Part shown: piece after piece, positions 48,330-60,603 of the stretch
Numbering within the stretch: position 1 is the stretch's first letter
Layout of the letters: every line of letters begins with the position of its first letter
Origin: Octopus sinensis
Taxonomy: Eukaryota
DNA length: 64,000 nt
NCBI RefSeq assembly: GCF_006345805.1
Contig: NC_042997.1
Span: forward strand, 30,814,001 to 30,878,000
Direction: 5' to 3'
The notes under the pieces: generated by a model
Databases searched by the model: none
What the model was told of the DNA's origin: nothing
What the model saw: only the letters and a program-made list of their open reading frames with translations
Program-made: the position numbers and the translations under genes

Positions 48330-48850
48330 ACAGTGTATGAGTCAGATACATGCTTGTGTGTGTATGGAGGGGAGAAAATCAGGTGTAGCGTTGGTGAATC
48401 TCAGAAAGCATGGAAGTTTTGGAGGATGCAGTGCTCCAACAACTAACAACTGATGCCGGCAGTTTGTTCCATGCTTCAACAACTCTTATCATGAAAAAAT
48501 GTTTCTGAAAGTCATGGGAGTTGTGCTGTTTTCTGACTTTGTAAACATGTCCACGGGTGTTAGACAGGTGGAGTTTGAAAAGGTGCTCAGAGTTATTGTT
48601 AGTAAGATGGTTAATAATTTTATGGGTGCCTGCCAAGTCAGCTGCCAGACGTCGGAGTTTCAATGTATTCATGCCCAGGGAAGTAAGGCGTAGCACGTCG
48701 CTGAACGGTTTCCAGACGATTAATATCCTGGGCAAGATAGGGGTTCCAGATCGGTGATGCAAATTCCAGGTGAGGCCGCACCATAACTGTTAACCTTATC
48801 AAACTTCTGAATATTGAGCTGACATTGTGCATTCTGTGATTTAGTTTGTC
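48330..48850 (-). mobile_element. CR1-type LINE 3' end (same family as 19987-20320)
   Basis: VRPHLEFASPIWNPYLAQDINRLETVQRRAT and TRGHVYK...RVVEAWNKLP. Confidence 0.8.
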
Positions 48851-48857
48851 TCTAAAC

Positions 48858-49108
48858 CAGTGGTTTTCGACTGTGATCCACATGACTCTTGGGGATCCAC
48901 ATGATTTTGTTGTTAAAATTTACATGCAATAAATTGGTTTTGCTTCTGCAATACACAAAACATTTTAACGATTTTCTGTACAATTCCTAATAATATTTAA
49001 TTATCAAAATAGGTGATTTTTTTTTAAACATTGAATGGCTATGAGGGCCCGCCTGAGAAAAATAGGAATCAAAGGGGTCCTTAGGTATAAAATGGTTGAG
49101 AACCACTG
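48858..49108. mobile_element. hAT-type MITE
   Basis: TIRs CAGTGGTTTTCGAC / GTTGAGAACCACTG; TSD not preserved. Confidence 0.65.
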
Positions 49109-49169
49109 TTTGTACTTCTTTGGTAGATTAAGTGGCTTACTTACATTTTCTAGCTTCTGCCCTTTGAGG

Positions 49170-50390
49170 ATGATGGGCTTAGGTCATGGTACTTGACTGA
49201 TATCAGAACTTCATAGGCAGGGAACATCTGTCCTCTCTGGATGTTAATATTCAATGTAAACTTTGTAGCTACATCACTAAAAGTATCCACTCTTCAAGTC
49301 CTCTGCACTATGAGAACAAGAGCACAATTAGCAAATAACATTCCTTTGTCTGGTCTTAGTTTTTTTCCTTTGAGATGCAACATTTTAAACAGGTTGGCAA
49401 CTTGTCTTGTCTGTATGCTTCTACACCTGCAGTTGGGTTGGATGATACTTCCTCAAACTTCGTTAACAGAAAGAGTGAAAATAATATAGATGCTAGCACA
49501 CAACCCTCCTTGGTTTTAAGACATAAGCAAAAAAGCTAAACTCAACTGTGTAACTGAATCCTCATGTCAGGATGTAGTGAGATAATCATATGAATGAACT
49601 TTTCCAAATGTCCAAATCTGTTGAGTATTTGCTGCAGACTCAGCCAGTTTACTGAGCTGAATGTCTTTGTGAAGTCAAAGAAGACCACACACAATGCCTT
49701 CTTCCATTCCACATATTTCTTCTGAGTCTGTCTGAGTCAAAATATGTCTATGGTGCTTCTTCTCCTTCTGAACCACATTGAGTTTCTGACAGAACTACTG
49801 TTATTTTCTCAATAAGTCTGTTGAGTGAGCAATACTCCTGTGAAGCACTTCCTGATAATAATGTGAAATCCCTTGATAGTCTTGCATTCATGCCCCTTGC
49901 TCTTCTTGAATATGAGGATGATGCTAATATCCTTCCAGTCTGGTGTGATGTCACCACCCTCTCATAATTCCAGTGTCAACTGGTGGAGATCTAATTGGTT
50001 AGTCTTCTCTATTTTTTTCACACTTCTGCTGGGATCCTGTCAACTCCTGGCATCTTTCTACACAAGAGTGTCCTAGCTGCAACCAACACCTCTTCTACAC
50101 GTGGTGGATCATGTTTCAATATATTAGCCATACTCTATGTCATATTTTTTGAGGTTCCCTACTCAGCATACTTCATTGCTTTAAGCATTTGGTAGAAGTC
50201 CTCTGCAAAGCAGTCAAGTAGTAGTCCTTTTCCTGGAACATTGTTCATTCATCAGCTGAACAGTACCTCTCTTCAAGGTCTGTATACATCTTCCAGTTCA
50301 GTATAAAAGCTGCACATATCAAAGTCTGCAGCAGTTTGAAGCTTAATTGCTTTGTTTGTTACCGACTACTTCAACTCCACCAAGTTTGAA
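49170..50390 (-). mobile_element. Degenerate RTE LINE, RT region
   Basis: Minus-strand ETQCG, LCVVFFDFTKTFSSVN, KQG(G)LCAS, MLFANCAL with stops and frameshifts. Confidence 0.7.
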
Positions 50391-50737
50391 ACCTTTATTA
50401 GGGTTTAGGGTAAGGGTAAAGGTCCCCTTCGGCCATGAATGATCATGGATTTGCACCTAGAAAGTACCCTCCAAAGCGCAAGTCCAAGCAAGGTTGCTTA
50501 TGGAAGCCCAATATTATGCAAGCAAAAGGCAAAGGCTGATTCAGCTAGGCACCAGTGCTGTCGCAATTCATTTCTACAGCTGAGTGAACTGGAGCATTGC
50601 AAAATAAAGTATCTTGTTCAAGAACACAACACACTGCCCGGTCCGGGAATCAAACTCATTACTTTATGGTTGTGAGCCCGACACTCTAACCACTGAGCCA
50701 TGTGCCTTCACCAAATTAGGGTTTACTTGTAGGTTAA

Positions 50738-50957
50738 CCCTTTCGTTACTAACCCAGCTGAAACCGGCTCTGGCTTTGAGTACAAATGTCTTGTTTTCAT
50801 ATGTTTTGAATTAAAGTCTTCCACCAAACCTTAGTCACAATTTATGTTCCTAACACTAGCTGAATGGTAACCAAGTTATTTTACTAAATTCTTTGTTATA
50901 TTTAGAGTAATTGAAAGAAGCACAAAACATCTCAAAATAAATACAGCGATGAAAGGG
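50738..50957. mobile_element. piggyBac-type MITE
   Basis: TTAA on both sides; TIRs CCCTTTCGTT / GATGAAAGGG. Confidence 0.8.
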
Positions 50958-51471
50958 TTAAACAGTGAAATGTTCTCTAGACTACCTACATGTTTGCATT
51001 TACCATCTAAAACCATGTCCATCATAACATTCAAATTTTAGGATTTCCTTTATTTTAAAAAATAATAGGGCCTTAAATGAGTTATTGGTTCAGTGGTGTA
51101 AGTAATTAAGAGAAGTTTCCTTCTCGAGTTTTACTGACTCATAAGGGCCCAGTTTCCATGGCATGTATATTCCCCCACCTGGATGGGATGTTGGGCCATT
51201 ACAAGATTACTCATTTTTGACAGCTGAGTGGACTGGAGCAACCTGAAACAAAGTGTTTTGCTCGAGAACACAATGCATCGCCCAGTCCAGGAATTGAAAC
51301 CACAATCTTACAATCATGAGTCCAGCACCCTAATCACTAAGCCACATGCCTCACCAGTGCAGTCTGTCAGTGTTAAATCCCATCTCCACATTGGAATTAT
51401 GAGTAAGTTAAATAAAATTGTTCAACTAGTGACTAAATCTATGTTGCAGTCTAGGCTCACCAAGATCAATT

Positions 51472-51768
51472 GGATGCTAATATTCAATGTAAACTTTGTA
51501 GCTACATTGCTAAAAGTATCCACTCTTCAAGTCCTCTGCACTATGAGAACAAGGGCACAATTAGCAAATAACATTCCTTTGTCTGGTCTTAGTTTTTTTC
51601 CTTTGAGATGCAACATTTTAAACAGTTTGGCAACTTGTCTTGTCTGTATGCTTCTACACCTGCAGGTGGGTTGGATGATACTTCCTCAAACTTCGTTAAC
51701 AGAAAGAGTGAAAATAATATAGATGCTAGCACATAACTCTCCTTGGTTTTAAGGCATAAGCAAAAAAG
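51472..51768 (-). repeat. Second copy of the 49238-49533 RTE RT segment
   Basis: About 300 bp nearly identical to 49238-49533. Confidence 0.8.
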
Positions 51769-51869
51769 TGGCCTGAACTCTTTACATGAACACCACCATG
51801 TACATAACTCCATGTCCCCCTACATGGCCTTGCTTTTTGAGCCCAAATTAACTAACTAACTAACTATCT

Positions 51870-52282
51870 GGTCTGTAAAGAAATGCACTTTTCAGGATCT
51901 TTGAGACTGTTGAGGAAAAGGAAGAAGTTATTAAAGTTATCTCCAAATTTGCCATCAAGATGTAGGACAAGATACTGGGATAGCCTGGGCTTCCGAGGCC
52001 CACAGCTCTTCAATATCCTCCCGAAGAACCTAAGAGACCTGCATGGGGTGGATGCAGATGTCTTTAAAATGAAACTGGATCTCTTCTTGTCAGGTATCCC
52101 AGATGAACCAACTTCACGGCAGGAGGTGCAGATGAGGGCAGCTGCATCGAACTCTCTCATGCACCAAATGGCAGTTGCTAAAAAGCATTCGTGAAGTAAA
52201 ACCATGTAGCAACACCAAATGGCGGTGCCCCAGCATGGCCACAGCTCGTGAGCTGAAACTAGAATCAATCAATCAATCAATC
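51870..52282 (+). mobile_element. CR1/L2-group LINE 3' end with (AATC)n tail
   Basis: SLGFRGPQLFNILPKNLRD...FKMKLDLFLSGIPDEP...AASNSL; its 3' UTR matches the SINE family A tail. Confidence 0.75.
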
Positions 52283-52549
52283 ATAGGAGAAGTGGTCGAA
52301 ATGCTTGCAATAAATGAACTTCCTTAAAGGCACCCATCAATCATGGTGGTGAGGTTAAACCAAAACAATAGACTAAGTCTGCTACCAAAAAACGGGAATT
52401 GTTCCTCTGATGGGTTTCTGCACAGTTTTTGTCTACCAAATTTCATTTACAAGCCTTTGTGTGACTTGAAATTATGCTAGTAGACATTTGTCCACAGTGT
52501 CATGCTGTAGTAATAAAACTGGAATGATTTAGTGAGTGTCTTAACTACT

Positions 52550-52934
52550 GATATATATATATGTATATAAAGCTGAAGTTGTCTGTGTATGGCAGGTTTG
52601 GTAGCCTTCAACTAACACTATCATCTCCGAGACCCTGAGGCACAAGTTGACCAAAATTGACAGTATGATAGAAGGAGGCTTGCTCTTCCTTCCATAGAAG
52701 AAAGAATTCAAATCGGACCATGTTAACACCAAAAATTTTTTACATCAAAAAGGTGCTTTTTTTCTATGAAAATCCCTATTTTTTTACTGCTGTGTCGCCA
52801 TTTTTCGGTGTATTTCAATCAGAAAAAAGTTCGCTTAAAGAGAATAACAAGCTACATAATGCAAAATTTTTACTTTTCAAAAATTCCAATTCTAAAGGGT
52901 CGAAAGAAACCCGAGCAACGTCGGGCGATACTAG
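52550..52934 (+). mobile_element. Non-autonomous Helitron-like element
   Basis: 3' hairpin CCCGAGCAACGTCGGG followed by CTAG|T, the same 3' end as 39177-39548 with a different interior. Confidence 0.7.
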
Positions 52935-53820
52935 TATATATATATATCTTCAGTCAATTATATATATGCATGTTCCCCAATTCTCTCACTGCCAGTGACT
53001 CTAGGATTGCAGTGACTTCGGGTCTTGTATATGCAGGCTGCAGTGCATTTGTGAGCTGATCGTGGAGTGCTTGAAAATTTCCAGCGGTAACGAGTTCTCT
53101 CATATGACCAAAACATGTCTGCAAGCAGTTGTCAGTCAGTAAACTGCTGATGATAAATCTCACTCCAGATTGCAGTAGGTCTAAAATTCGGGGGGTTGTC
53201 TCCCTTACTTTTCTTCAGTGGGAGGATAATTTGTTGTCTTTATTAGAGGACTAATTTTAATTAAAATTCCCAGGTTGCTTGGTCTGCTACTTGAAATATG
53301 CAAGCGCTCATTCTACTATACATAGATGCGCTAAATCATTTAGTGGATTTTAAAACATGGCTATAATGTTTTTATTTTTGTTTTTATGAGACAAGGGATA
53401 TAACTCTTGACCCTTGTTATATATGTCTTGTTTTAATGGATTTCTATTAAACGCCAGAGATAGGAGAGAGCCGTCCTCAATGCCTTATAATGTTTGGTTT
53501 TATTTATAACACTTATGTATTCAGTGTCCTGTTTCTAATCCTTTTGTAGTTGATAATATTATTCATGCTACAGTCGATGCAAGTGACTGCACGATACCCC
53601 TTACATATTTGGCTTTGAGCCATAATAAAAATTGCAGTTTTTTTTTGTCGAGTGAATCTAAAGAGTAAAAAACTGCCGTGTAAAGACTCTGTCACAAGCT
53701 TTAACGTGAATCACAAACTCAGGATTACATGAAGTGTTCATCCTATCTTCATTCTTTGAGCCAACGCAGAATCAGACGTGAATTCAGGGATTATCTCCCC
53801 TTAGTTTCTCAATCTTAATC

Positions 53821-54152
53821 CAGGAGTTCCCAACAAATTTTTTTTTTTTATCTAGGGACCCCTTTGATATAGTATTTGGTACTTGTGGACCCCATAACCT
53901 TTCGCTGTTTAAAAACTACTTTTGTAGAAACTTCTTTTAAAATTACTAATTTGTTTTTCTCGCTTTAACTCGTGTAAGTTGTACTATGTAAAATGTTAGA
54001 GAAAGAAACCTAGCTGTTTCTTGCAATACATACGAATGCATACATCAAAAGCAGAATTTTTTCAGGGGCCCTTAAAATACTATTGTGGACAGTTTACTCT
54101 TTTGTTACATGGACCCTCCTTGGCCATATGGAGCCCGGGTTGAGAAACACTG
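53821..54152. mobile_element. hAT-type MITE with perfect 8-bp TSD
   Basis: TIRs CAGGAGTTCCCAAC / GTTGAGAAACACTG; TCTTAATC at 53813-53820 and 54153-54160. Confidence 0.85.
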
Positions 54153-54214
54153 TCTTAATCGGTCATTGTGATAATTTTTTTTCATCTCAGTATAGATCAG
54201 TATAGATGTAATTG

Positions 54215-54580
54215 ATTGTACCATCACGTTTCCAACGAAGAACCACGTGTGAACACATATATAATCGCAGCTTCCAACTTCATAGCTATCCGCTGCATGT
54301 GCTGGTACCACATGTCTTCTGCCTTCCACCAGATCATCCTACCTGGGCCTTACTCTTGTTCGATGCAGCAGTGGCGGGCTGGATGAAGCCCCAAAGCAGG
54401 CCCCACACCAGACGGCTGGATATGATTGGGAAAGATCTCCAGATGCTCATCTTGAAGGATGTAGAGGGGCAGCAATGAGGAGCACTTCTAGACCTGCTTG
54501 GCTCTATGTACAATGATGCCTTTGGGATCACTAACCTGGAATTAACACAGCTCCACCAAGCGAGGGCATGAAACAGCAAG
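54215..54580 (+). mobile_element. Degenerate RTE 3' end
   Basis: HVFCLPPDHPTWALLLFD...GWMKPQSRPHTRRLDMIGKDL resembles the RTE GHV...RPRGRP...W.D...DL region. Confidence 0.6.
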
Positions 54581-55169
54581 CAGCAGCAGAATGTCTAGAT
54601 CCATGATATTAGCGCCCAGGTTGCATGGAGTGTTACTGCCATTCTATGGTCCTACAAGGAACCAAATGTGTATCACAGATTCAGATTTCAATGACCAATA
54701 GTGCCACACAGTGACCTTATTATAACTGTAGTTAAATAAAACTAGCAGTAGTCATTAATTTCTATTTGATAGTAAAGGAAGTCTCCAGTCTTGGTAGACA
54801 AATAGTCAATGGTCCGCTTATATCTCACTTTCATTTCATTTTCTTTTGTAAAACTGAAGAGAACACAGTTGCCACTACCATTGTGTGAGAAAGTTAAATC
54901 TCAGATGACTCACTTTGCACTAACTTGGTTGATTGTGGTTGTTTTGAGCTTTGTTATTTATTGTGTTCATGTGCAAGAAAGGTATGTCTCTGATTGTTTG
55001 CTTCATCTTTTTCTAACATGGTTAGTTGTAGTTGTTTAAACCCCACTCAAGCATATCCATGGTCTAAACTAAAGGGGTTTCCTGGTATGACCATCCTACC
55101 ATGTTTGTTTTTCAAGTGTAATGTATCAAGGATCACATTATTCAGAATGTCTTTTTTTTATTTATTTAA

Positions 55170-55389
55170 CCCTTTAGTGTTTAAACCAGCCATATCTGGA
55201 CAGAATACTATCCTTGTTTTATATTCAAACTTATGAGATTCAGCCTCTCACACCTACCCTACTATGTCATTCTAAAGATAAATAATCACATCATCAAAAT
55301 CTTGAATCTATGAGACAAGGCACAATTAATTCAAAACAATGTGAATAAATAAGTATTATATTTGACAAAGTAATCTAAACACTAAAGGG
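55170..55389. mobile_element. piggyBac-type MITE (second family)
   Basis: TTAA on both sides; TIRs CCCTTTAGTGTTT / AAACACTAAAGGG. Confidence 0.8.
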
Positions 55390-55804
55390 TTAAGAAAGTG
55401 AGGTATAATTTGAGAGGTTTAGCTGCTATTTCTAGGAGTTTGAGTAACCACAGACTCTATTGTTAGCTGAAGCTCTATGTACTATAGTGGTGGTGTAGCT
55501 CAGCACTGTAAATTTGAGAGGTATTTTCTCTGTTGGCTTGCAGGGCTGAGTAAAAATCCACTTGTAAGCTTGGAAATGTCAAATTGATACCATTACAGCA
55601 TAATTTTCTTTTGAATATCTACCAACACTGAGACTGGACTGTTGGTTGTGTCTCAAAACACTTTCATGTATATGATTCCTTTGAGTCTAAGCCATAAAAT
55701 TCTTCAGAATTATTACTTCATTCCATCATTAAGCTCATAGCTAAAATGCATTTATTTATAAATTTATTTATTCATATTTATTATAATTTCTTTGTAAATT
55801 CAAA

Positions 55805-55967
55805 AAGGTGCAGGAGTGGCTGTGTGGTAAGTAGTTTGCTTACCAACCACATGGTTTTGGGTTCATTCCCACTTCATGGCGCCTTGGGCAAGTGTCTTCT
55901 ACTATAGCCTCGGGCTGACCAAAGCCTTGTGAATGGATTTGGTAGATGGAAAATGAAAGAAGCCTGT

Positions 55968-56012
<45 letters not shown>

Positions 56013-56617
56013 AGGCGCAATGGCCCAGTGGTTAAGGCAGCGGACTCGCGCTCGTAAGAACGCGGTTTCGATTCCCAGACCGGGTGTTGTGAGTGTTTAT
56101 TGAGCGAAAACACCTAAAGCTCCACGAGGCTCCGGCAGGGGGTGGTGGCGATCCCTGCTGTACTCTTTCACCACAACTTTCTCTCACTCTTACTTCCTGT
56201 TTCTGTTGTACCTGTATTTCAGAGGGCCGGCCTTGTCACTCTCTGTGTCACGCTGAATATCCCCGAGAACTGCGTTAAGGGTACACGTGTCTGTGGAGTG
56301 CTCAGCCACTTACACGTTAATTTCACAAGCAGGCTGTTCCGTTGATCGGATCAACCGGAACCCTCATCGTTGTAACCGACAGAGTGCTTCCATTTCCATA
56401 TATTTATATATGTTTTTGTGTCTGTGTTTGTCCCTCCACCATTGCTTGACAACCAACAGTTGTGTGTTTATGTCCCTGTAACTTAGCAGTTCAGAAAAAG
56501 AGACTGATAGAATAAGTACTAGGCTTACAAAGAATAAGTCCTGGGGTCGATTTGCTTGGCTGAAGGCGGTGCTCCAGTATGGCCACAGTCAAATGACTGA
56601 AACAAGTAAAAGAGTAA
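55805..56617 (+). mobile_element. SINE family A with nested family B SINE
   Basis: Head at 55805-55970, tail at 56410-56617. Confidence 0.8.
56011..56392 (+). mobile_element. SINE family B nested in family A linker
   Basis: Full-length, in the (TA)n linker. Confidence 0.85.
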
Positions 56618-56763
56618 GAGTGATTTTGAATTTTTTTGCTGAGGGTGGGAATTGGAGAAGATTGGTTCTGTATGTTGAGTTACAGTTGATACATTTAAGT
56701 AACCTTCCCCACCTGTCAATTTCCAAACCTTCCTTAATATATTGATTTCCAAAACTTTCTTAA

Positions 56764-56964
56764 CCACCTTCGTTACCAACCTGGCTGAAACAGGCTCTGG
56801 CTCTGTGTACAAATATCTTGTTTTGAATTAAAATCTTCCACCAAACCTTAGTCACAATTTATGTTCATGACACTAGCTGAATGATAACTACTAAATTCTT
56901 TATTATATCTGAAGTAATTGAAAGAAACACAGAACATATCAAAATAAATACAGTGAAGAAAGGG
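56764..56964. mobile_element. piggyBac-type MITE (same family as 50738)
   Basis: TTAA flanks; homologous to 50738-50957. Confidence 0.75.
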
Positions 56965-56985
56965 TTAATATATTGATTTCCAAAT

Positions 56986-57216
56986 AAGGCGGCGAGCTGG
57001 CAGAAACGTTAGCACGCCGGGCGAAATGCTTAGCAGTATTTCGCCTGCCGCTATGTTCTGAGTTCAAATTCTGCCGAGGCCAACTTTGCCTTTCATTCTT
57101 TCTGGGTCGATTAAATAAGTACCAGTTACGCACTGGGGTTGATATAATCGACTTAATCCGTTTGTCTGTCCTTATTTGTTCCCTCTGTGTTTAGCCCCTT
57201 GTGGGTAGTAAAGAAA
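56986..57216 (+). mobile_element. SINE family D (ggcggcgagctggcagaa head, Meta-domain-like body)
   Basis: B box GAGTTCAAATTC; ctttgcctttcattctttctgggtcgattaaataagtacc. Degenerate relatives at about 5040-5215, 45790-45930, 59150-59490 and 62460-62820. Confidence 0.75.
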
Positions 57217-57242
57217 TATATTGATTTCCAAACCTTTCTTAA

Positions 57243-57920
57243 CCCCTTCGTTACCAACCTGGCTGAAACAGGCTCTGGCTCTGTGTACAAATGTCTTGTT
57301 TTGAATTAAAATCTTCCACCAAACCTTAGTCACAATATATGTTCCTGACACTAGCTGAATGATAACTACTAAATTCCTTGTTATATCTGAAGTAATTGAA
57401 AGAAACACAGAACATAAAGTACCTTGGATTTCAGAACAACCTGCTGTGCTTGAGGAGACCTATTGAGTCAAGTACATGAACATCGAAATAAATATCAAAT
57501 GGAAATAGTAGTTGTGATACCTGTGCCGGTGGCACGTAAAAAGCACCATCCGAATGTGGCCGATGCCAGCGCCGCCTTGACTGGCTTCTGTGCCGGTGGC
57601 ACGTAAAAAGCACCATCCAAACATGGCCGATGCCAGTGCCACCTTAACTGGCTTCTGTGCCGGTGGCACGTAAAAAGCACCAACCGATCGTGGCCGCTGC
57701 TATACTCTCCTGGCACCTGTGTCGGTGGCACGTATAAAGCACCCACTACACTCACGGAGTGGTTGGCGTTAGGCAGGGCATCCAGCTGTAGAAACACTGC
57801 CAGATCAGACTGGAGCCTGGTGCAGCCTCCTGGCTTCCCAGACCCCGATCGAACTGTCCAACCTGTGCTACCACGGAAAACGGACGTTAAACAATAATGA
57901 TGATAATGATGAAGAATGGG
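57243..57920. mobile_element. Duplicate piggyBac-type MITE split by an RTE insertion
   Basis: 57243-57414 is near-identical to 56764-56940; the right end gaagaatggg-TTAA is at 57911-57924. Confidence 0.7.
57415..57912 (+). mobile_element. RTE 3'-end copy inserted into a piggyBac-type MITE
   Basis: Tail consensus in + orientation, splitting the MITE at 57243-57920. Confidence 0.75.
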
Positions 57921-58723
57921 TTAATATATTGATTTCCAAACCTTCCTTAGTATATTTCTTCCTCTTCATCCACAGATTGATACTTAAGATTTGTTGCATG
58001 TATCCTCATTTCTCACATTGAAGCAGCTACACACTCAACAAAACTGACTATTAATAAAATACTTGTTCCTAACACAGGCACAAAGCCATAGATTTGAGGG
58101 AGGAGGCTTGTATTAAAATGACTTCAGTACTTCACTGATATTTTATTTTATTGACCCTAGAAGGATGAAAGAGAAATGCAATATCAGGCGGTGGCTTTCA
58201 TGGCTTCTGATCTTAACTGATTGGAAATGTTATCATGTACATTATTTTGTTTTGGTATAAAAGATGGGCTACAGCAAATATTCTGCTCAGTACCACAGAT
58301 TTGCTTGTCAATTGCTTGACCGTAACCAGTTGAGAATGTCCCTTAGTGGCTGATGATATGTGCATCTCTGATCATGAGTATAAGTAGTTGGGGAGTGTCA
58401 TAGCCATGTGCTGAGAGGAATTCTTTGGGGTTTGGATAATTCACCTTTGGAAACATGGGTGTTTCATTCAAAATCTTTAAACAACCCTTATTCAGGGACC
58501 TTTTGCGCAGGATGGGCTACTCGTCCTGAAGAAAATTCTTACTGGGCCCCACCTGCAAGGTCATGCACTATTTATCTTGATATGAGATCACTATGTCATA
58601 CACATATGGTTGTGATGCATGTGCCTGGTGTACCCTTATCAGACGGGTAGCCATGATGGTTATACTGGGCTTTGTATATTTTACCCCAGTGTCACTTTGA
58701 TGGCATGCACTACTCTCTCACTC

Positions 58724-58785
<62 letters not shown>
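58724..58785. repeat. (AAT)n microsatellite
   Basis: Direct inspection. Confidence 0.95.
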
Positions 58786-58786
<1 letters not shown>

Positions 58787-59624
58787 GAGCACTCAGAGAG
58801 TGCAAACCTCTGTTAACACCAACATCCAACGATTAGCCAGAGATGATTTTTAAAATGAGAATATCTGAAATAAACTTGACTGCTCTCACAAACGAGAATA
58901 CTAAAAATGAACCTGACTGCTCTCAAATATTAAATAAAAAAAACGGGAAAATAATCCAGAATCCTTGTCCAGTACCAGATCAATCCCCAAATTTAATCAG
59001 TTTGTGCCAGTCATGAGGCCAAACATCCCTGAAGGTTTCATCTGAATCCATCCAGCAGTTCTTGAGATACCTTGTCCACAGACAAACAGTCAAACTATAC
59101 CCCCACCTTTGCTGAGGTGGAGGTAATAATAATCACAATAATAATCCTTTCTACTATAGGCACAAGGCCTAAAGTTTTAGGGGAGTGGTCTAATTGATTA
59201 CATTGACCCCAGTGCGTAACTGGTTCTTAATTTATTGATCCCGTAAAGATGGAAGGCAAAGTTGACCATGATGAAATTTGAACTCAGAACGTAGCATTTC
59301 ATCCAGCATACCAATGATTCTGCCAATGCACCACCTTAATAATAATAATAATAATTGATTTCTAATTTTGGCACAGGGCCAGCAATTACAGGGAAGGGGT
59401 GCAATTTGATTATGTTAGCCCCAGTGCTCAACTTGTACTTACTTCAGTGACTCCAAAAGGATGAAAGGCACAGCGCAGTTGACTTTAGTGGAATAAATCA
59501 TAATAAATATTAGACTCTGTGTTGTATTGAGTTCTTTATTCAGTCAGTGTTTGTTTCGTTTGTGTGTATAAACGCACTAAACTTTTACCTTATTTTTCTA
59601 TATTATTTTTAAAACATTTTTCAG

Positions 59625-59815
59625 AACAAACTGGCAGAATGTGATGCTAGCCAAAATTGGTGTTTTGGGGACAGCTTTTTTAATCTCTGTAGTGGCATTG
59701 ATATTTTCTACCTCAAGTGAACAACAGCCAGTTTTTGCTAGTGCCAAAGAAGGCCATGAAAAACTTGTTGCTGAAATACCATGTTCCAAGGATTACGTTT
59801 CTGAACCATTCAAAG
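59625..59815 (+). CDS. OGFOD3: OGFOD3-like exon 2 (TM helix and start of lumenal domain)
   Basis: tttttcag|A acceptor and G|gtgagt donor. TM segment IGVLGTAFLISVVALIF, then EIPCSKDY, matching human OGFOD3 EVPCSEDY as I recall it. Confidence 0.85.
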
Positions 59816-59949
59816 GTGAGTTACTTTGGCAACAATAATGTCAGGGGTTTTTTTTTACCCTTTCCTTTCTTATTTATAATTTTATTGCAACTCTTTATAT
59901 ACTTCCAAATGTGTGTTTATGTACATATGTAGACCTGTATGTATTATAT

Positions 59950-60384
59950 TTGTGTAGTGTTTACATCCCCGTAACTTAGCGGTTTGGCAAAAGAGACCGA
60001 TAGAATAAGTACTAGGCTTACAAAGAATAAGTCCTGGGGTTGATTTGGTCGACTAAAAGGTGATGCTCCAGCATGGCCACAGTCAAAATGACTGAAACAA
60101 GTAAAGGAGTAATATATCGTTTAAAAGGATTATGAGACTGACGCGCTGCCTACTGCGCTATATATACTCTTTTACTCTTTTACTTGTTTCAGTCATTTGA
60201 CTGCGGCCATGCTGGAGCACCGCCTTTAATCGAGCAACTCGACCCCGGGACTTATTCTTTTGTAAGCCCAGTACTTATTCTATCGGAATCTTTTGCCGAA
60301 CCGCTAAGTAACGGGGACTTAAACACACCAGCATCGGTTGTCAAGCAATGCTAGGGGGACAAACACAGGCACACAAACACAACA

Positions 60385-60430
<46 letters not shown>

Positions 60431-60603
60431 ATACATATACATATACATATATACGACGGGCTTCTTTCAGTTTCTGTCTACCGGATCCACTCACAAGGCT
60501 TTGGTCGGCCCGAGGCTATAATAGAAGACACTTGCCCAAAGTGCCATGCAGTGGGACTGAACCCGGAACCACGTGGTTGGTAAACAAGCTACTTACCACA
60601 CAG
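59950..60603. mobile_element. Two family A SINEs tail-to-tail (59950-60110 +, 60166-60603 -)
   Basis: Tail halves are reverse complements, about 135 nt downstream of the OGFOD3 exon 2 donor. Confidence 0.8.

Noticed and set aside
53140-53230. C/D box snoRNA or HHR starting at CTGATGA
   Set aside because: No terminal stem with a D box, and no GAAA at a compatible position.
59641-59838. Independent secreted protein starting MLAKIG
   Set aside because: It is OGFOD3 exon 2; the hydrophobic stretch is the internal signal anchor.
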